Source: Saprolegnia diclina VS20
Taxonomy: Eukaryota
Direction of reading: 5' to 3'
Assembly: GCF_000281045.1 (NCBI RefSeq)
Contig: NW_008246092.1
Span: forward strand, 436,596-500,595
Length of the DNA: 64,000 nucleotides
The notes under the pieces were generated by a model. The model did not search any database and was not told where the DNA came from. It worked only from the letters and a program-made list of their open reading frames with translations. Position numbers and translations under genes: made by a program. Shown here piece after piece: positions 33,750 through 47,270 of this stretch (the first letter of the stretch is position 1; each line of letters starts with the position of its first letter).

Positions 33750-36699
33750 ATGCACCAGCGCAAACAGCAGCCACCGACGCGCCCGCTGGCCGACGCCGTC
33801 GACCGTCCTAACGACGACGCCGTCAAGCCCGTACGCGCGTACTTTCTCAGTGCGTGGGCCATCGTTGCCTGGCTCTGCCTGCTCTACGGCTTTGTGTTTT
33901 GGCGACACACGTGGCTGCCGTCGCCCAAGGACGCGTCGATTCCGCTGACCGAGTTTTCAGAGGAGCGCGCCCGCCGCTTTCTCGAGGAGCTCCAGGCCAT
34001 CGAGGGCGGGTACCGGACGCTCGGCAGTGTTGCGAACGAGGTCGCGACGCCTGCGTGGCTCTTGCGCCACCTCGAAGCCTTCCAGGCGCAGTGCCACTCG
34101 CCGTGCAACATGGAGATCGAGGTACGTCGTCTTGTATCTTGCGTCTCATCGTACGACGTGGACGCAGGTGCAAAAGCCCGAGGGTGCGTTTGGCCTCAAT
34201 TTTCTTGCGCAATTTCAAAACATTTACGCCAACGTGACCAACGTGCTCGTGCGCCTCTCGGCGTCGCCCGAGGCGTCGCCGCCGAGCCTCCTCCTCTCGT
34301 CGCACTACGACGCAGCGATCGGCGCCGCGGCCGCGTCCGACGACGGCGTCAACATTGCCATCATGCTCGAGCTGCTCCAGAACGCAGTTGCGCGCCCACC
34401 GACAGCAACGGCGCTCGTCTTCAACTTTAACGGCGCCGAAGAGACGTTCCTTCAAGCGTCCCATGGCTTTATCACGCAGCATCCGTGGCGTGCGTCGGTG
34501 GCTGCGTTCCTCAACCTCGAAGCGGCGGGCGCCGGCGGGCGCGAGCTGCTCTTCCAGACTGGTAGCGACGTCCTGGCGATGGCGTATGCGCACGGCGCCC
34601 CGTACCCGCACGCGAGCACCATTGCCCAAGAAGTCTTTCAGGTACTACATAAGTCATCTCTTAGTTAGTTCAACACACGCATGGTCTAGTCGGGCGTGAT
34701 CCCGGGCGAGACCGACTACCGCACGTACACGGAGTACGGCGATGTGCCCGGCATGGACTTTGCGTACGTGGCCAATGGCTACGTGTACCACACGCCGCTC
34801 GACGACATTTCGCGCATCCAACTCGGCGCGATCCAGCGCTTTGGCGAGAACGTCCAGGGCACGATCGCGCAGCTCTTTGCGTCGCCAGCAACGCTGCGGT
34901 CCCTGGGCGCGCAGTCGTCGTTGGGCGGGCACATTTTCTTCGACGTCTTTGGCTACCGAACGCTGACGCTCTCGACAGAAGTGAGCACGTTCATCCACGC
35001 AGCCCTCGCGCTCTGCATGCTGCTGTACGTCGGCCTCGTTTCGCGCATTACGTGGCGCGAGAAGCTAGATGCGGTGCGCCTCTTGGTGCGCCTCTCGCTT
35101 GCGGGTCTTGGCACGGGCCTCCTCGTCGCGCTTGTGCTCTGCGCCTACGCGCCCATGAGCTGGTTCGCGTCGCCCACGACACGGCTCTGGGTCTTTGTGT
35201 TTCCGGTCGCAGCGGGCTTTCTGCACCAGCTGCCCACGGACGACGCGGTAGACACGATATACCCTTGCGCAAGCTGTACAAGCGAGAAGCGTAGGTGGCC
35301 CTGCGCTCGCTGGTCCAGCCGCTTGTCGAAGCGCAGAGCCTCATGTGGCTTCTTGTGATGGCGCTGCCCATGTTTGCCCGCGGCATCCAAAGCCTCTACC
35401 TCGTCATGGCCTGGGTACGTTGCCGTCGACGCGATGATGCTGCCGGCGGATAGAAGGACTCTGTCTGCGGTAGGTGATGTGCCCCCTTGCGGCTCAAGTT
35501 GTCGCGCAGTCGCTGCCGACGGGGTACTCGCCCCGTACGTTGTTCTTGCTTGTGATAGATGGTGGCAGTGGGTTATGGAGCACGGTGTAGGCGTCCACGC
35601 AGGCTTGCTGCTTGCCGGCATTGCTGTGCCGCTTTTGCACTCGGTGCAGATTTACATTGTTGCCCTGCAGGTGTTTATCCCGATCATGGGGCGCGCCGGC
35701 ACGTCGCTGCCGTCGGACCTTGTGGTTGCGCTGCTCATGGCGCTCCTCTCGCTCTTGACGCTCTCGGCGCTCACGCCCGTGCTCTGCTTTGTGCGCCCAC
35801 TGCACGCGGCGCACGCCAAGACGTCGGCCATTGCGCTCACGCTGCTGTGCATCTTTGTGGCGTGTGTCAGGTACGATTCGCTTGTCGCTGGACACGACTG
35901 TGATGACGCCCGTAGCAACCCGTACTCGACCGAGTGCCCGAAGCGCATCATCGTGCAGCACATTCACCGCAACTTTACGCAGCGCCCGGACGCCAACGAC
36001 GCCGGGCTCTGGGTCCTCGGCTTTGATTTTCAAGGCCTCGACCCGCTCCGAGCGGCGTTTGGCACGACACCGTGGGCGTTGGCCATGCACGCTCCGGTCC
36101 ACGATGCAGCGATTCCCGTGGTCTACGACAACTTTCCCTGGTAGCGTCCAATCGACTGATGGAGCATGTCATCATGACGTCGTCCAGGGTGTACCCAGTC
36201 GCCCCGGTCATGCCGCTCAAAAATACGTGGTATCTGCCGACGATGGATGCGCCGGTCTTTGCCGTGCCGACGCTGCTCGAGGTCGTCTCGTCGCGCGTGG
36301 ACCCAATGACGCGGCTGCGTCGGCTGCATTTGCACTTGTCGGGACCGTCCCAGATCAACATGTACATGGATGCGTCCCGCACCAAACTCGCATCGTGGTA
36401 CGTGATCCCCGCTGACAAAGCAAATGGCCGCATGCGATCGTAGGTCGCTCGGCAATGGCACGGACGGTGTCCCATCGCAGATTGACGATGTATACCTTTT
36501 CCAGTTCTCCACTGGGGGCCTCGCGCCGGCGTCGTTTCATTTCTGGGTCGACGTGGCGACGGACGGACCGATCGACGTGGCGTACTGCGGCCACTACTTG
36601 AACGGCACAACACCCGACCTTGCGACCGCCGCCAAGCTCTTGCCCGACTGGACTGCGCACACGACGTTTACATCGAGTTGGACGTTGACGCAACTGTAG
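33750..36699 (+). CDS. ERMP1: Endoplasmic reticulum metallopeptidase 1-like (M28 family, multi-TM)
   Basis: FSEERAR, LLSSHYDA, ASDDG, FNGAEE, LQASHGFITQHPW, NLEAAGAGGRELLFQ, IPGETDYR, YHTPLDD, followed by TM helices and PKRIIVQH. Confidence 0.92.
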
Positions 36700-36720
36700 G
36701 TTGAAACAACATCAAAACTT

Positions 36721-39700
36721 TCAAGGTTTCAACTGTGCAATGTCACGGGATAGCGTGGCGTTGGTGGTCGACGCGCGGCGGGGCAGAGGACTCTCCTCGG
36801 AGGTTGTCGTGGTGGTAACGGGTCGTCGCGGCGCCCGAGGTGGTGACAAGGGCGTACCCCGGCTGCATGCGGCGCTCGGTGTCGCTTCCTGGCGCTGCCG
36901 CGACCGCTGCACCATGGCCCGCTCGGCAAGCAAATGCGGCGCGTCGCAGTCGTGCGCGACGTGCCACTTGGCGTTGCGCTGGATGTACGACCGGCCACAG
37001 CCGTCGTTGGGGCACAGGACAAACCGGCACGAGCAGTGGAGCTTGCGATGCCGTGCGACGTCTTGGCGAATGACGAGCTCGCCGCAGCCGAACGGGCACT
37101 CGACCAGCTACACTCATGCATTCGCTGCCGGTCGCCAAAACACAAGAGCTCGCACCTCATGCTTGCGAACATACTCGGCAGCGAGGTCGTCCCGACGTTG
37201 TGCGACACGGCAGCGGTGGCCGCGCGACACCTTGTACGTGCGGCCGCAGCCCGGGGCGCGGCAGACGTCCATGCGCTTGGGGCATTCGCACCGAACATGA
37301 ATGTCCATCGCTGGCAGCGCGACTAGAGACAATATTGTGCATCGTACGGCATGTATGAGACACGACGTGTACCGTGAAGACCGCAGCCGAGACTGCACTC
37401 GCGGGACACTTGCCGCATCGCGTGCTTGTTGGCGAGGAAGTTGCGCCGCACGACGACCGCGCACATGTGACGTTGCCGGAACGACGGCGTCGGCGGGTCG
37501 CCGAGGCGCTGAAGCGTTGCCATCGTGTAGTGACTCCACGACGTGTTGAAGATGGGGACGCTAAGGCCATTTTGTGTTCCAAGTACGCATGAATGTGTCG
37601 ACGCACCGAGGCAAGTGGCCGCTCACGTCTTCGACGAACGGTCCCATGCCTTCTTCGAGCGTCCAATATGCTACTTCGCCATGACGACAGGCATACACAG
37701 GGCAGACATTACCTAGGAGCGTTGGGGCGAGCGCGAGCGTCGTTCGCATGGACGCCAAAAGCTCGGACGGGGTCCGCGTCGTCGACCAGTACCGAACTTC
37801 CTATGGTTTACCCACTTGACACATTGATAGAAACAAGCCGACTGGTTGTCGTTGGACCTGCAGATGACCGCGGAAGGCCTTTTCGGACGCGCCGAGCGTC
37901 TCCATCGGGAGGTGGAACGTGCCAGGGCGCTCGTCGACGACGGCGCCATCGAGCACAAGTTGCACCGAGGTTCTAACGCCACGTATGTATGCGTCATCGC
38001 GATGGCGTGTGTTACGCGGAGGCGTTGAGGGCCATGTGCACCCAGCGCTCCCGCGGGAGCTCGGCCTTGAAGCGCGCTTTCGTGTCGAACGTATGCAAAC
38101 CCACGCCGGCGCCAGCCACCATCTACGGCCAAGAAGAATGCTCCGACATCGTTCTGCAGCCAGCTACGTACGACGGCGTGGATGCCGGCGGCCTTGGACG
38201 CGGCGATGGTATGAAACCCGATCGGCGCCTGCGCAAGGGTCAGTGGGACGTCGACGTGTGCTGCGAGTTTGTCGTCGAGGCGACTGAGCTCCTTCCGCGC
38301 GTGCTTCAAGAAGCGCGCACTCTCGCGCACATCGGTGGGACGCGACCGCTCGTGGTCTTCGATCGCCTGCAGTAGCTGCAGGCGCTTCTTGATGAGCTTG
38401 GCATGGGGGGCTTCCTACATCGCAACTCAATCCCATACCCCATTTCACAAAAGTATCAAGCCAATATCAAGACAATAGCCACGTATCGTACGTTGGCTTT
38501 GGCCGTCGCGGCCGCGTTCTTGAGCGCTGCGAGCCAGTGCTCGACGTGCCCATACAAATCCAAGTCGGCTTTCGACCACGTTGGCTGGCGCAGCTGGGCT
38601 TGGACGCGCACTTGTTCCGAGAGCTACGGGTCTCGCCACGCCTGGGCACTCGCTAGTCCAAGAGACGTACGCTTGCGCGCTCGGCAATGTCGTTGATGGA
38701 CTGGACGAGCGTCGCGGCGTCCGAGACGAGCGAAAAGATGCGCGCATTGGCCTCGGCGATGATCGACTTGCAGCCCGAGATGCCTGCGAGAAGCTACAGA
38801 CCTCGAAGTCCATCGTTGACACACCTTCGTCGACGAGCTGGGCTTGGGTCTGTAGTCGCGTCAGTTCGCCGTTGTCTTCATTGTCTGCTTGAAGCATGAG
38901 CAAGCGACCGATGTATGCATGCGTACGCTTCTTACGCAGCACAACCGTCTTGATCTGCTCTTTCAGTGCCTTCTCGTCGGCAATGCAGCCGTCGAGGCGT
39001 GGAAGCGTCTCTCGCAGCGTCGCTTGCCACCGCAGTGCGTCAGCCATAAAGTGCAGCACATCGTCGGCCTTGGAGAAGAGGTGGACCCAGAACTCGGCGC
39101 ACCACGGCGGCTTGCGGTCGTCGCCGCCATCGATGCGGACGTAGCCCTGTCGCGCGCCAAAGCGAAGCACGGCCCGCGCCTCGGGCGACACGTTGACGTC
39201 CTCGTGGATCTACTCGTGTCATTCTCTCGGCTCCATCATCCTCGTATGTACATGGCGATCCCGAAACTTGAGCGTCGCTTTGCAGCCGTGGATAGCGTTG
39301 GCACAGGGAACGAGACGTGCAGGACAGGACACCCGCGTGTGCTGCGGCAGCTTGCGCAAAGCCACTTCGTCGCCACACTCGCGGCACTGCGCGGGGCCGT
39401 CCTTGATCGCCGCTAGCAACCTGATCAGCTAGAGCTACGAGGGTGACCGTATACCAAGCTTGGCGAGCTCGTGCCGACCGATCGTTACGATGCACACAGT
39501 GCTTATGTGCTCGGCGAACGCTCCGACGGGCACCCACTCGCGGCACCCGAGCTAGTGAAGAAGTGACTCAACTCCCTGTCTCAATAGTGACGAACGGGCC
39601 AGTTGGGACACTGCCGCTCGCGCATCAAGCACGCGTCTTCCTTGTGGTCCGTCAGGTGACGCTACGAACCATGCAGTATCGTCGTCTCGGTGCTTGGTTG

Positions 39701-40548
39701 CATTGCTGGGACGACCGACCTTTTTCACGGGCTCGTTGCACCAGTCGCAGGGGACCACCTCGTTGACGGTCTTGGACGCTTCAAGCACCGCTGCCTTGTG
39801 CTTGGCGACGCGGCACGCTGTAGCCAAGTGGCGCTACACCGCTTTCGAGACGACGCATTTTTACCCAAGAGAGACGAGTACCTCCAGGTCCTGATACACA
39901 ATGTGCATCTCGGAGCAGCCCTCCGACGCGTGCGGGCAGGGCACTTGCCGCAAAGCGCACTCGAGCGCCACGTGCGCAGCCAGGAGCCGCAGCGACACCT
40001 CGACCTCGCACGCCAGACAGCACACGGAGAGCGTCGCCTTGATGTGGTGGGCGTCCAAAAGCTGCTGTGTGTGGCGGTAGACGAGACACGCCGAGAGTTC
40101 GTGCGCGTGGAGCTCGTGGGCTGACACGATGGCGTCGCACCCGTGGTGAGGGCACGCAATGAGACGGTGCGAGCACTCGACAGCCTGCGCGTCATCAGCG
40201 AATGCCACTCGCTGCGTGTGAATACCTGGTGGTGCTTGAGCTGACGCAGCGCCACGTCATGGCCGCAGCTGCACAAGATGTGGTCCTCGACCTTACGTGG
40301 CGGCTTCTACGGCAAAGATAGGATGCTGCAAACGACGTGAAGGCAAGCACCTTGGTCGGCGACGCAAGCGGCGAGCGCTGCAGCGCCGACGTCGACTGGC
40401 ACCGGCGCTGAGCCTTGTTGAGCAGGAGCGATCGCTGGGCGTCAATCTCTTGGATCGACCGCCATAAGGTCGTCTCGCGCGACGGTAGCTTGGCAGGGCT
40501 CCACTGCACGCCGACTTTGGGCAGCACGACGCTGGGCTCGGCGGCCAT
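36721..40548 (-). CDS. Large TRAF-type zinc-finger protein with a LamG/concanavalin-like domain and coiled coil
   Basis: Repeated C.xR.V.CP..GC..H...C fingers at both ends; LamG-like PPWCAEFWV, RERWVHMALN, FRGHLQ..VRYWS, VAYWTLEEG; single-gene model inferred from contiguous exons. Confidence 0.65.
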
Positions 40549-40652
40549 GTTAACCGCCGTTTCAGCAAACTCTATACTCTCAGAATATAAGAATATTGTA
40601 TTATGAATAAAAGACAAATAAGAAAATGCAAACAAGACAGATTAGTAGTAGT

Positions 40653-42777
40653 TTAAGGGCGCTCAAGGTTGTTGAGCTCCGGCTGGAGCATCTCCTCGAC
40701 GATGCACTCGACGTGCGCGGCGAGTTCGGCCGCGACGTCGTCACGGGTCATGCCGAGGCGGCCGGGCGACTCGCAGTAGTACTTGAGCTTGGGCTCCGTC
40801 CCGCTCGTGCGGAGCGTTGCGACGACACCGTTCTTGAACGAGTACGTGATCATCTCGCTCGAGGACGAGACCGGGAGCACTAGTATCAGACCATAGTATG
40901 AGTCTTCCACAATGAATGCAATGGCACAACGTACGCGCCACGTTGTCGTCCTGGTCGCTGTCAAAGCCCGTCGTGAGGTCGCGGATGCCCGCGATCGGGT
41001 ACTTGCCGACCGCGTGCCAGTACTTGCCGTCGTTGCGGAGACGCGCAAAGATCTTGCGGATCGTTGCCGCATCGTAGCACTTGACGTAGTGGTTCTGCGT
41101 CACATACGGGCCGTACGTCGCGTACAGCTCTTGCAAGTGGGCGTGGACCGACTTGCCCTGCTTCTTGAGCTAAGCACACATGGGTGAGCCTTCGACTGTA
41201 TCAATGTATCAAGATATCAGCAATATACCTGCTGGGCCATTTCGGCAAAGACGGCCGCGGCGCAGACGCCGTCCTTGTCCTTGACGACGGACCCGACGCA
41301 GAACCCGATGGCTTCTTCGAACGAGAAGAGGACGGTCTTGCCCTGCGCGCGGAGATCGCTCGTGGCGTTGCCCATCCATTTGAAGCCCGTGAGCGTCTCG
41401 ACAAAGTGAAAGCCTTCCTTGCGCGCGACCGCACGGAGCATCTTGGACGAGACTGTCGACGCGATGACGTACAAATTGTCCTTGTCCGCGTCCGGGTGCG
41501 CGAGCATGTGCTGCGTGTACTCCCAGTGGCCGAGAAGCGTCCCGATCTCGTTGCCCGTGTAGACGTACCACTGACCCGACGGCAGCTGCTCGGCGACGGC
41601 CAAGCGGTCAGCGTCCGGGTCGTTGGCCAACACGAGCGAGCAACCCTCCCTAATCGATAAAAACATGAGAAAACTTGGTCGAAAAAGGGTCGTCGGTACC
41701 GCTCGGCGGTCTCAAAGCTGAGTTGGAGCGCGCCCTTGCCCTCTTCCGGGTTGGGGAACGCGACCGTCGGGAACTCGGGGTCCGGGAGCAGCTGCGCCTC
41801 GACCGGCGTGTACGCCGGGAGGTTGAAGGCCGCAAAGGAGCGGCTCGTGAAGGCGTGGCCGACACCGTGCATGGCCGTGTACGCGACCTTGACGTGGATG
41901 TCGGCGTCCGAGTTCTCGGCTGTGTAGCGCGAGAGCGCACCGACAGCTTCAAAGTAGAGCGTGCTCAGCTCCTCGGTCGGGTCCACACAGAGCTCGTGGT
42001 CGCGGACAGCGGCAATGTCGTACGACTGCCACGGCGCGAGGTTCTCAACAATGCTCGTAGCAATGAGCTCGTCATGGGGCGGGATGATCTGGCTGCCGTT
42101 GGCACCGTAGACCTTGTAGCCGTTGTCGGCCTTGGGGTTGTGCGACGCCGTGACCATGATACCAGCGACGCAGTGCTTCTGGTCGACGGCAAAGGGCTAC
42201 AAACAGCACATGAGCCTCCACAGACGGCGCGAGAGGTTCAACGTACGACGAGGGGCGTCGCGACAAAACCCTTGTAAAGGTACACCTTGAAGCCGCGCGA
42301 GACGGCGACGGCGGCGCTGTAGAGCGCAAAGTTTTCCGAGTTGAGCGTACCGCTGCTGCGGTGGTCGTAGCCGATCGCGATACCGCGGGCCTGCGCCTCC
42401 TCAGCACCGTACGTCGTCTCGAGGTACTTGCAGAGACCCTGCATCGTCTGGATGATGACCAAGTCGTTCATGCACACCGTGCCTAAAGCCAGAGGCATGA
42501 GCATCTATGAGGACGCACTTTGCATCGCGTACCCGAGCCCATGGCGGCGCGGAGGCCGGCCGTGCCAAATTCGAGGCGCTTCTCGAGCTTCTGGCGCAGC
42601 GCAGCCACGTTTTCCGTGTCGAGGAGGGCCTGGATCTCGGCCTTCGTGCCTTCGTTGACGTCCCACTCGACCCACTGCTGGCCGGCTTCCATCCATTGCT
42701 ACATGCCCAAGCAGCCTCGCATGAGCCCTCGGCGGCGATCGGCGGCGAAGGCGACGTACCGCGTCGTCAGCTTGCAT
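40653..42777 (-). CDS. PGM2: Phosphoglucomutase-2/phosphopentomutase
   Basis: RLEFGTAGLRA, MVTASHNPKADNGYKVY, ANDPDADRLA, ETLTGFKW, FEEAIGF, LRTSGTEPKLKYY. Confidence 0.95.
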
Positions 42778-43625
42778 CCTGTGTGCTCTTGTGTGTAAAT
42801 TCACTTTTGAGTGCTCGAGGGCTTGTCGACGGAAGATTTCATCCGGATAGATCACCCAACCATCCGGATCGCAGCCATCGGCGCACCCAATTGTTGAAGG
42901 TGCGCTTGCGACGCGCCGAGAAAAACGCACCGACTTCCGCGCAGTCAGTGGAAAAGCGCACCCAAGTCGCAGTGTACGTGGCTGCATGGCCAGGCGACCG
43001 GGGCGCCACGCGCCTGACGTGATGCGGCCGTAGGTGCAAACCGCAGTGTCCTTGAACTTGGACCGCCTGCATAAAGACACGGCAGGAACAGCAGCTTCAG
43101 ATATTCGCTCGAGAGGACAAGCGAGACGCTACGGAAGCAGTATCTGGATGGGTGCGTGGTAAATGCACTTCATGCGGCCATAGAAACGTGGCGTTGTCGA
43201 CGACACCGTCGGCACAAGACCTTTGGCGCAGGGTACGCACGCAAGAGGCCCTTGCTGATTCTCTACGCGATGCGCCCGTTGTCGAGACGCGAGTTCGCCA
43301 TGGCAGGTTTACATACATCGCGCCACAGGACGCACAAGAACGGGCGATAGAGCTGTCGAAGCTGCGCCGGCTGCCCGCGCGGTGGCGCACGCTGGCACGT
43401 GGCAAGCCACGACGACAGCACACACTTGGGACGGGCAGTTTGAAGTTGAAGTCTTGAAGGGACATGCGCCGCGGTGCGTGATCTGAAACAGGTGCGCTTT
43501 CTCGGCGCTCCGCGCTCCGGGACACCCAATTTTCGGATAAGTTTTGCATTCGATTAAGTTCGTTTGCGACAAAAGATACTTTATCGAGAATCCCCAACAT
43601 CCGCTCGAATCTTCCGAGGACCACC

Positions 43626-46099
43626 ATGACCGAGACCAAGGCCGCGAATGGCGGGATGCTGGAGGAGTGGACGTCGTACTTCTTCCCGTCGCCGGCCAAG
43701 GCGTCGCAGGTGACCTGCCTCGAGTTCTTCCAGCGCCCATCGACCGGCACGACGCTGCTCTGCCAGGCCGTGCCCCATCGCTTTGGCGTCTTTGATGCAA
43801 CGACGATGGCGCTCGTAGGCAGCGACGCTATATGCATGGATGCGTACAATGCATGCTCCTAGGTGGGCCAAGAGCACCCGCTGAGCGCGCCCGTCCGCCT
43901 TATCCGCTTTATGGACGCTGCGCCGTGTACGCCGCTTGCCCATGATCCCGCCTCATGCTTGCGGCGTAGATACGTCGCTGCCGAGCTTGCTCTTGGTCTC
44001 GACGCGCATTTGCGTCTTCTCGCTCGAGCGCCAAGCGTACGCGTCTCTAACGTCCCAGCCATCACGATTCGATTTGCGCATGCATTAGGGTTGTGCACGA
44101 GGTCGTGGGGCCCATGGCTGCCAAGGACGTTCTCGACGTTCGCGTCAACGACCATGTACTCACGATCTTATCCCCCCGCGTGCTTCATCTCTTTGACCGG
44201 CGCGCCAACTTTGCGCTGCAAGGTACACCATTGTTTGCTTTGCAGAGCGGGAACCCGCATGCGTCGAGTAGCGACAATTCCGACGACTGCGGATGCCATG
44301 GCCCTTGGGCCTCGCTGGCTTGCGTTCCCGTCAGCGCTCGACGAACGCCACGCGAGTGGCTTTGCCGCGTCGTCCACCGCGACCTTTACCGCGCGCGACG
44401 ACTACTCGCTCACCAACGTGGCCCAAGGCGTGGCCTCGAGTCTTTACTTTCTCTCGCAGGTACATCTTATCGACGCGTCGACGTCACGTCATGACGGCGC
44501 GTAGGTCGGCCGCAAGTCCCTCGCGACGTCGTTTGCAGCGACATCGGACGAGGTACGCCGTTGTATCAATCTTTCAACCTCTCAACTCTACAGACGCGCG
44601 ACGTCGGGAGCGTCGTCGTGCACGATGTGGTCACCGGTGCCAACCGCATCCAGTTCAAGGCGCACGACTCGCCCATCACAACGCTGACGTTCGACCCAAG
44701 CGGCCTGCTGCTCGTGACGTCGTCACAGAAAGGGCAGACGCTGCACGTGCACCGGCTCCTCGGCGACGACCATGTGCTCTTGTACAAGCTCCAGCGCGGC
44801 ATCACGTACGCGCGCATTCACCACGTGAGCATCGCAGTCGACGCCAAGTGGATCGCGGTCACGTCGCTGCGCGGCACGACCCACGTGTACATATTCCTGA
44901 TACATTGATACATACCACAGCATGCGAGTAGGTATGCGATCTGGCCCCAGGGCGGACCCGTCGACGGCCACTGCCATGCCGAGATGGACTATGACGACGC
45001 GCGCCAGGTCGCCGCGTCGAAAGCAGTCGCGGTTCTCGAGCAGCAGGCGCGGGACCTCGGCCGACCGAGTTGGTCGACAGAGAAGATCCAGTCGCTCGTG
45101 CGACTGCGGCACACGACGCCAATGAACAGCACGTCGGCGACGTTCCAGTACGACGACGACGACCTCCCGGCACTGCACTTGCAGTGCCAGTGGGGACTTG
45201 ACAACACTCTGTTTGTCGCAAACGCCGGCACGCTCAAGACGATGCGGCTCCACCCCAAGCTCTCTCTGCTTGAAAATCAAAGCTTTGCACTCTCGGCCGA
45301 GCTCACGCAACTGCAGAGCATCGATCTGGAGCACCGAGCGACGCATCCCGTGGCTCACGACGGGACGCCACCGCCGTCCACGCCGGCGCCTTCCAGTGTC
45401 GAAGTCAAGACGCACCACCGTCCGAGCATCCCGCTCTGGGCGCACCCCAAGGTAGGTCTTTTGGGACGTCGTGACGCGCGCGACGTCGACGTAGATTACG
45501 TTTCGCGCCGTTCGACGTGCCGATGGCTCGTCGCGCGTGCTGAACGTGCGACGTCTGGGGCCGGTGCCGCTGCCGACGGACGCCGCCGACAAGGTGCACG
45601 AGCGCGTCACGCAGGGCGAAAGCCCCGTGTTCGACGGCGCTTCCAAGCCCAAGAAGCATACCGTGGTGCCAACGCTCGACTTGGCGGGTACACATACGAT
45701 CCGAGGTAGCCGCCGCTCCATGTCGTATCCTACTAGCGTCGATCTCCAAGGCGGTGCAGAGCAGCGTCGAGATTGCACCGATGGACGACCATGGCCTCGA
45801 CGCGAGCGTGCAGTGTACGACCTCGACGACCTCGAGTCATTCCCGACTGTACCTTCCAACTAGCGCTCAACCTTGCCCAGATCCAAGACACCTATTTTGC
45901 CAGTCCGCCGTTGGCACCGCTCGACGTACCCGACCTTGTGAGCGTCCACGTCCTCCCGCCTGTGCTCGCGGACAGCCGCACGCCGGTCGACGAGCCGTTT
46001 GAGGAGATTTCGGCCGAGAGCTCGTCGGCGGACGACGCTGTCGCGCCACCGAAAGCGAGATCCAAGGGGCGCCGGACTAGCAAGGTGAAGGCCAAGTAA
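43626..46099 (+). CDS. BCAS3: BCAS3/ATG18-like WD40 autophagy protein
   Basis: ALGPRWLAF, FKAHDSPITTLTFDPSGLLLVTSS, LYKLQRGITYARI, SLRGTTHVY, VEVKTH..PLWAHPK. Confidence 0.85.
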
Positions 46100-46135
46100 C
46101 GCATCAAGAGGGCCGTGCTCGTTCATCATGGTGTG

Positions 46136-47218
46136 TTAATGGTGTTGAACAAAGGCAAGGACGAGCGCGGTCAAGATCTGACCGGCCTCGCTCATGCCGG
46201 CCTTGAGACCCGCGGGGTGCTGCCCGGGCGCGGCTTCGGCGAGGTGCAAGTAGCGCGCGCGCGGCAGCTGCGCGAGGCGGTAGACGTAGTACTCGGCATC
46301 CGCGACCGAGATGCCGCAGTTGGTCATGGCGCTCACGGGCATACCGCTGATGCTATCCGTGTCGACTTCGATGCCGAGGGGCTTGGTGCTGTGTGCGCCA
46401 CCAACGTACGCGATCGCCTTGTCGATCCCTTGCGCAAACGTCGACTCGCGCCGGAGGAACATTTCCTGGTAGCTGCAAAAACTCGCGCCCGCGGCTTGCA
46501 TCTGGTCGAGCGCGCTCTGCGCGTTCTTGAGCTCGTGGAGGCCCATGACAAAGTACTTGTCGAGGTACTTTTCGGATTGGGCGTAGCTAAAGCCGTTGCC
46601 GCTGTGGCGACCTTCAAGGAGGCGGAAGTCGCAGTGCGGGTCGAGGTTGACCGCGTCCGCGCTGACGCCGGCCGACTGCGACAATGCTTTTAGCAACGGG
46701 TACGAGTTGTTGTGGCCGCCGCCAATCACGATCGGCGTCAGTTGCGCGTCAAAGACGAGCTTGGCCACGGCCGTGAGGCGCTCGTCGACGATCGAGACGC
46801 ACTTGCGCAGCGTTTCGAGCTGGTCCGGGTCGCTGGACGAGAGCGACGCGGCCTGCTGCTGCACGTCGTGCAAGTTGAGTTCGCCGAGGAGGAGGATCTC
46901 GTGCGCACGCACAAACTGGTTGGCCTGGACGTTGAGGAAGCGGCCAAGGAAAGCTTGAAACCCGAGGTCCGCGCCGCCGTTGCCAAAGTTGGCCCGCGGC
47001 CCGACGTCTTCGGGCACACCGAAGATCGCATACTTGGCTCCGTTCGCCTGCGCGGATGCGAGCGCCGCCGGCAGCGGGACGTCCGGGTTGACGAACTGCA
47101 CCGCTTGGCCGAGCCGCGTCTCGCCGGCCCGCTGGCTCTGGAGGCGCTGGAGGTCCGCGGCTTGGTACGTCGTGACGGTAAAGTTGCTCATGCTGCGCGT
47201 CCGAAAATGACGGAGCAT
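46136..47218 (-). CDS. hutG: Formimidoylglutamase (arginase/ureohydrolase family), bacterial type
   Basis: Intronless; RAGETRLGQ, GVPEDVGPRANFG, IGGGHNNSY, NLDPHCDFRLLEGRHSGNGFSYA, EVDTDSI. Confidence 0.85.
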   Translation of the reverse strand: MLRHFRTRSMSNFTVTTYQAADLQRLQSQRAGETRLGQAVQFVNPDVPLPAALASAQANGAKYAIFGVPEDVGPRANFGNGGADLGFQAFLGRFLNVQANQFVRAHEILLLGELNLHDVQQQAASLSSSDPDQLETLRKCVSIVDERLTAVAKLVFDAQLTPIVIGGGHNNSYPLLKALSQSAGVSADAVNLDPHCDFRLLEGRHSGNGFSYAQSEKYLDKYFVMGLHELKNAQSALDQMQAAGASFCSYQEMFLRRESTFAQGIDKAIAYVGGAHSTKPLGIEVDTDSISGMPVSAMTNCGISVADAEYYVYRLAQLPRARYLHLAEAAPGQHPAGLKAGMSEAGQILTALVLAFVQHH

Positions 47219-47270
47219 GACGAGCGGCTACTGCTGCGTTTCGTCCGCCGCCAACTTCAACCGTCCGGCG

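Noticed and set aside
46136..47218. Bacterial contamination or chimeric assembly at hutG
   Set aside because: Host-like codon usage, seamless spacing with intron-rich neighbours and shared promoter motifs
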